Source of the DNA: Candidatus Hermodarchaeota archaeon
Lineage (GTDB): Archaea > Asgardarchaeota > Heimdallarchaeia > Hodarchaeales > Hodarchaeaceae
Assembly: GCA_048886185.1 (NCBI GenBank)
Contig: JBHLKY010000001.1
Span: 60,001-92,000 of the forward strand
Direction of reading: 5' to 3'
DNA length: 32,000 nucleotides
Made by a program: the position numbers and the translations under genes
Shown here: piece by piece, positions 28,889 through 32,000 of the stretch
Numbering within the stretch: position 1 is the first letter of the stretch
How the letters are laid out: every line of letters starts with the position of its first letter
Notes under the pieces: model-generated
The model's input: the letters and a program-made list of their open reading frames with translations, nothing else
What the model was told of the DNA's origin: nothing
The model's database searches: none

Positions 28889-30808
28889 ATGGTATCGATA
28901 ACAAAGAAAATATTAGAAGATCATATAGTGGAAGGTAAATTCGTAATAGGTGAGGAAATTGGGATTCGCATTGATCATACACTGACTCAAGATGCCACTG
29001 GAACTATGGCATACCTCCAATTCGAGGCTATGGGGCTTGATAAGGTCAAGACTGAGCTTTCTGTGTCTATCGTTGATCATAACACTTTACAAACTGATTT
29101 TAAGAACCCTGATGATCATCGGTACCTACAATCTGTAGCAGCAAAATATGGTATTATGTTTTCTAGGCCAGGTAATGGTATTTGTCACCAAGTCTTTCTT
29201 GAGCGTTTTGCAAGGCCAGGTAAGACATTAATCGGATCGGATTCTCATACACCGACTGCTGGCGGTATGGGGTCGATTGCGATTGGTGCTGGGGGTCTTG
29301 ATGTTGCTGTAGCAATGGGAGGAGGTTTATTTTACCTTAAGACACCAAAGATTGTAGGAGTTAAACTTACAGGGTCATTACAAGACTATGTTACAGCCAA
29401 AGATGTAATTCTTGAAGTTCTCAGAAGGATATCCGTAAAAGGCGGTGTTGGCAAAATTCTAGAATATTATGGTCCAGGAGTAAAAACTTTGTCAGTACCC
29501 GAACGCGCTACAATAACAAACATGGGAGCTGAAACTGGGGCTACAACTTCGATCTTCCCCTCTGATGAAGTTACACGAGATTTTCTTAAATGGCAGAAAA
29601 GAGAAGACCAATGGGTGGAACTTCCTGAAGGAATAGATGATGATTATGATGAAATTATTGAGATTAACCTTTCAGAGCTGGAACCGCTAGTTGCGAAACC
29701 CCATTCTCCTGGTGATGTTGTTCCTCTTTCCGAAGTTGTCGGAATGAAAGTCGATCAAGTAGCAATAGGATCCTGTACTAATAGTTCCTTAAAAGACATG
29801 TTAACCGCTGCAGCTCTCCTTAAAGGACGGAAAATTCATCCTAACACAGTTCTGGGAATTTCTCCTGGATCACGTCAAGTACTAATGGAATTGGCGAAAA
29901 ACGGCAGCCTAGCTGATATGATTAAGGCAGGTGCCAGAATATTAGAAACTGCTTGTGGTCCATGTATTGGAATGGGTTTTGCTCCAAAGACAAATGGAAC
30001 AGTAGCTCGAACTTTTAATAGGAACTTTTATGGAAGAAGTGGAACGAAGAGTGCTAACGCTTATTTGGTAAGTCCAGAAGTTGCTGTTGCTGCTGCTGTC
30101 TTTGGAGAATTCACCGATCCTCGTAAATTAGGAGACTATCCCAAAATAGAGATGCCACCAGCAATTGAAATCGATGACTCAATGATTCTTCAACCGTCTG
30201 ACAAACCTGAAGAAGTAGAGATCATTCGAGGCCCCAACATTGCCCCATTACCAGAATTTTATGCGATGCCTGATGATTTCCAGATTAAAGTGCTCATTAA
30301 AACTGAGGATAACATCACAACGGATCATATCATGCCTGCAGGAGCGAAAATACTACCTTTAAGGTCTAATCTTCCAGAGATTAGCAAGTATGTGTTTGAA
30401 CAGGTAGATCCAACCTTTCCAGAGAGAGCTCTTGAAAGTAAAAAGGAAGGTGGCGGAATCATCATTGGTGGGGACAATTACGGTCAAGGATCTAGTAGAG
30501 AACATGCAGCACTCGCTCCAATGTATTTAGGAATAAAGGCTGTTCTTACAAAATCCTTTGCACGAATTCATCGTGACAATTTAATAAACTTTGGAATTCT
30601 CCCTCTGTCGTTTGCAAACACTGCCGATTATGACAAAATCAAAGAGAATGATATCCTAGAGATTAAAGGAGTACGTAAAGCCTTAGAAAGTAATGAATCA
30701 GTTGTCATCCATAATATTACTCAAGGATTTGACATCAAAACCTCATATGATCTATCTGAACGTGATCGGAAAATCCTCCTTGCTGGGGGCACGTTAAGCT
30801 ACATTTAA
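28889..30808 (+). CDS. Aconitate hydratase, short single-chain (Aquifex-type) family
   Basis: QDATGTMA, GNGICHQ, GSDSHT, IGSCTNSS, ACGPCIGMG, TFNRNF, TDHIMPAG and GSSREHAA; 639 aa. Confidence 0.9.
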   Translation: MVSITKKILEDHIVEGKFVIGEEIGIRIDHTLTQDATGTMAYLQFEAMGLDKVKTELSVSIVDHNTLQTDFKNPDDHRYLQSVAAKYGIMFSRPGNGICHQVFLERFARPGKTLIGSDSHTPTAGGMGSIAIGAGGLDVAVAMGGGLFYLKTPKIVGVKLTGSLQDYVTAKDVILEVLRRISVKGGVGKILEYYGPGVKTLSVPERATITNMGAETGATTSIFPSDEVTRDFLKWQKREDQWVELPEGIDDDYDEIIEINLSELEPLVAKPHSPGDVVPLSEVVGMKVDQVAIGSCTNSSLKDMLTAAALLKGRKIHPNTVLGISPGSRQVLMELAKNGSLADMIKAGARILETACGPCIGMGFAPKTNGTVARTFNRNFYGRSGTKSANAYLVSPEVAVAAAVFGEFTDPRKLGDYPKIEMPPAIEIDDSMILQPSDKPEEVEIIRGPNIAPLPEFYAMPDDFQIKVLIKTEDNITTDHIMPAGAKILPLRSNLPEISKYVFEQVDPTFPERALESKKEGGGIIIGGDNYGQGSSREHAALAPMYLGIKAVLTKSFARIHRDNLINFGILPLSFANTADYDKIKENDILEIKGVRKALESNESVVIHNITQGFDIKTSYDLSERDRKILLAGGTLSYI

Positions 30809-30834
30809 TGGCACTTGCTGCTCAATCTCTTTTA

Positions 30835-30919
30835 ATCCCCCCTTTTTTTCAAAAAAAACGAATATTCAGTTTCAATTCAATATGATATTTATAGGTAAAA
30901 AAGTGAAAAAAGGGAGGAT
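30835..30919. terminator. Putative bidirectional terminator between the convergent aconitase and idh-like genes
   Basis: atcccccctttttttc (30835-50) and its near-perfect inverted copy gaaaaaagggaggat (30905-19). Confidence 0.5.
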
Positions 30920-30927
30920 GAGTTTGA

Positions 30928-31998
30928 TCACTGATAACTTTGCCATTTCTGGTCTAGGTTAGGGTCTTGGAGTGTTTCATTGATGTAATCAGCGAACTCA
31001 TTGCCAGTACATCCAGTGTCCCGTCCAGTGCAAGTGATTCGCTTTTCATACTGAGAACAGATGTCTAGAGCTTTGTCTAGTTTGGATGCTTTCTCGACAA
31101 ATCCAATATGATTCAATAGCATAGCAGTGGCTTTAATGATGCTAGTTGGATCAGCATATTGAACACGGCCTTCCTCTACCATTCGAAGACCAGAACCATG
31201 TACCGCTTCAAACATGGCATATCTCTTACCAATATTAGCTGCACCTGCAGTTCCAAGACCTCCTTGAATCTGAGCTGCTTCATCCGTAATAATATCACCA
31301 TAAAGATTTGGAGCAGTAATCACTCGGAAGGAGCTTTGCCGAGCGGGATCGATGAGCTTCGCAGTCATGATGTCAATGTACCAATCATCCCATTTTACAT
31401 CGGGGTAGTCTTTCGCTACTTGTTCTGCGATCGCGAGGAATTTTCCGTCTGTTTTCTTTACGACATTGGCTTTAGTGACTACCGTGACTTTGTTGATGTT
31501 GTTCTTCTTTGCATATTCAAATGCTGCTCTGATAATTCGATCTGAGCCTTGATTTGTGATAACTTTGAAATCAATGGCCAAATCATCGGAAATATCGACG
31601 CCTTTTGATCCAAGAACGTATGCTCCTTCAGTATTTTCTCGATAAAACATCCAATCGATATTTTTTTCAGGTACACGAACAGGACGCACGTTGGCAAAAA
31701 GATCCAACTCACGACGCATTGCCACATTAGCGGATTCAATGTTAGGCCATGGAGAACCCTTCCAGGGAGTGGTTGTTGGTCCCTTCAGGATGGCATGACA
31801 TTTCTTCAGTTCTTCCAACACATCATCAGGAATAGGTTTCATTACTTTAACTCTATTTTCAATGGTCAAACCATCTATCATTCGAACTTCTACTTTTCCT
31901 GACTTAATTTCCTCTTCTAACAGGAAATTTAGAATTTTTACTGCATGCTGGGTAATTTCAGGTCCAATTCCATCTCCTCCACATGCGCCAATGATGAT
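30928..31998 (-). CDS. Isocitrate/isopropylmalate dehydrogenase family protein (5'-truncated by window edge), probably isocitrate dehydrogenase
   Basis: The frame stays open beyond the track start to the window edge: IIIGACGGDGIGPEIT... Motifs GPTTTP, LDLFANVRPV, RENTEG, KANV, NLYGDI and FEAVHGS. Specificity inferred only from the adjacent aconitase. Confidence 0.85.
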   Translation of the reverse strand: MIIGACGGDGIGPEITQHAVKILNFLLEEEIKSGKVEVRMIDGLTIENRVKVMKPIPDDVLEELKKCHAILKGPTTTPWKGSPWPNIESANVAMRRELDLFANVRPVRVPEKNIDWMFYRENTEGAYVLGSKGVDISDDLAIDFKVITNQGSDRIIRAAFEYAKKNNINKVTVVTKANVVKKTDGKFLAIAEQVAKDYPDVKWDDWYIDIMTAKLIDPARQSSFRVITAPNLYGDIITDEAAQIQGGLGTAGAANIGKRYAMFEAVHGSGLRMVEEGRVQYADPTSIIKATAMLLNHIGFVEKASKLDKALDICSQYEKRITCTGRDTGCTGNEFADYINETLQDPNLDQKWQSYQ

Positions 31999-32000
31999 TG

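Overview
AT-rich, gene-dense window of core metabolism. No rRNA, tRNA, CRISPR array or mobile element was seen. The host is inferred to be an Asgard-type (Heimdallarchaeia-like) archaeon, based on longin-fold proteins, a full HdrA, a 7TM/H-box protein and GGTGA/GAGG-type ribosome-binding sites; this is not confirmed. Three blocks: (1) a TCA block, fumC, acnA, CBS, korA, korB and Zn-ribbon/CBS (1835-10431); (2) a redox/oxidative-stress island (10465-19641) with a CoA-disulfide reductase/NADH oxidase, a cysteine-free TrxR-like flavoprotein, a longin-peroxiredoxin fusion plus a tandem stand-alone Cys-rich longin paralog, a rubredoxin missed by the ORF track, nitroreductase, rubrerythrin, DUF547, a site-2-protease-like protein, DoxX and a 7TM sensor; (3) a delta-alpha-beta 2-oxoacid:ferredoxin oxidoreductase operon with no gamma gene that runs directly into an HdrA-MvhD fusion, followed by a ferritin-like gene, GH2 beta-galactosidase, a second aconitase and a partial isocitrate dehydrogenase-family gene. 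The best candidate for an undescribed system is the longin-peroxiredoxin fusion with its Cys/His-conserved paralog in a putative thiol-redox operon. The second best is the gamma-less OFOR-HdrA/MvhD operon. All family assignments come from motif recognition by eye; no database search was run.
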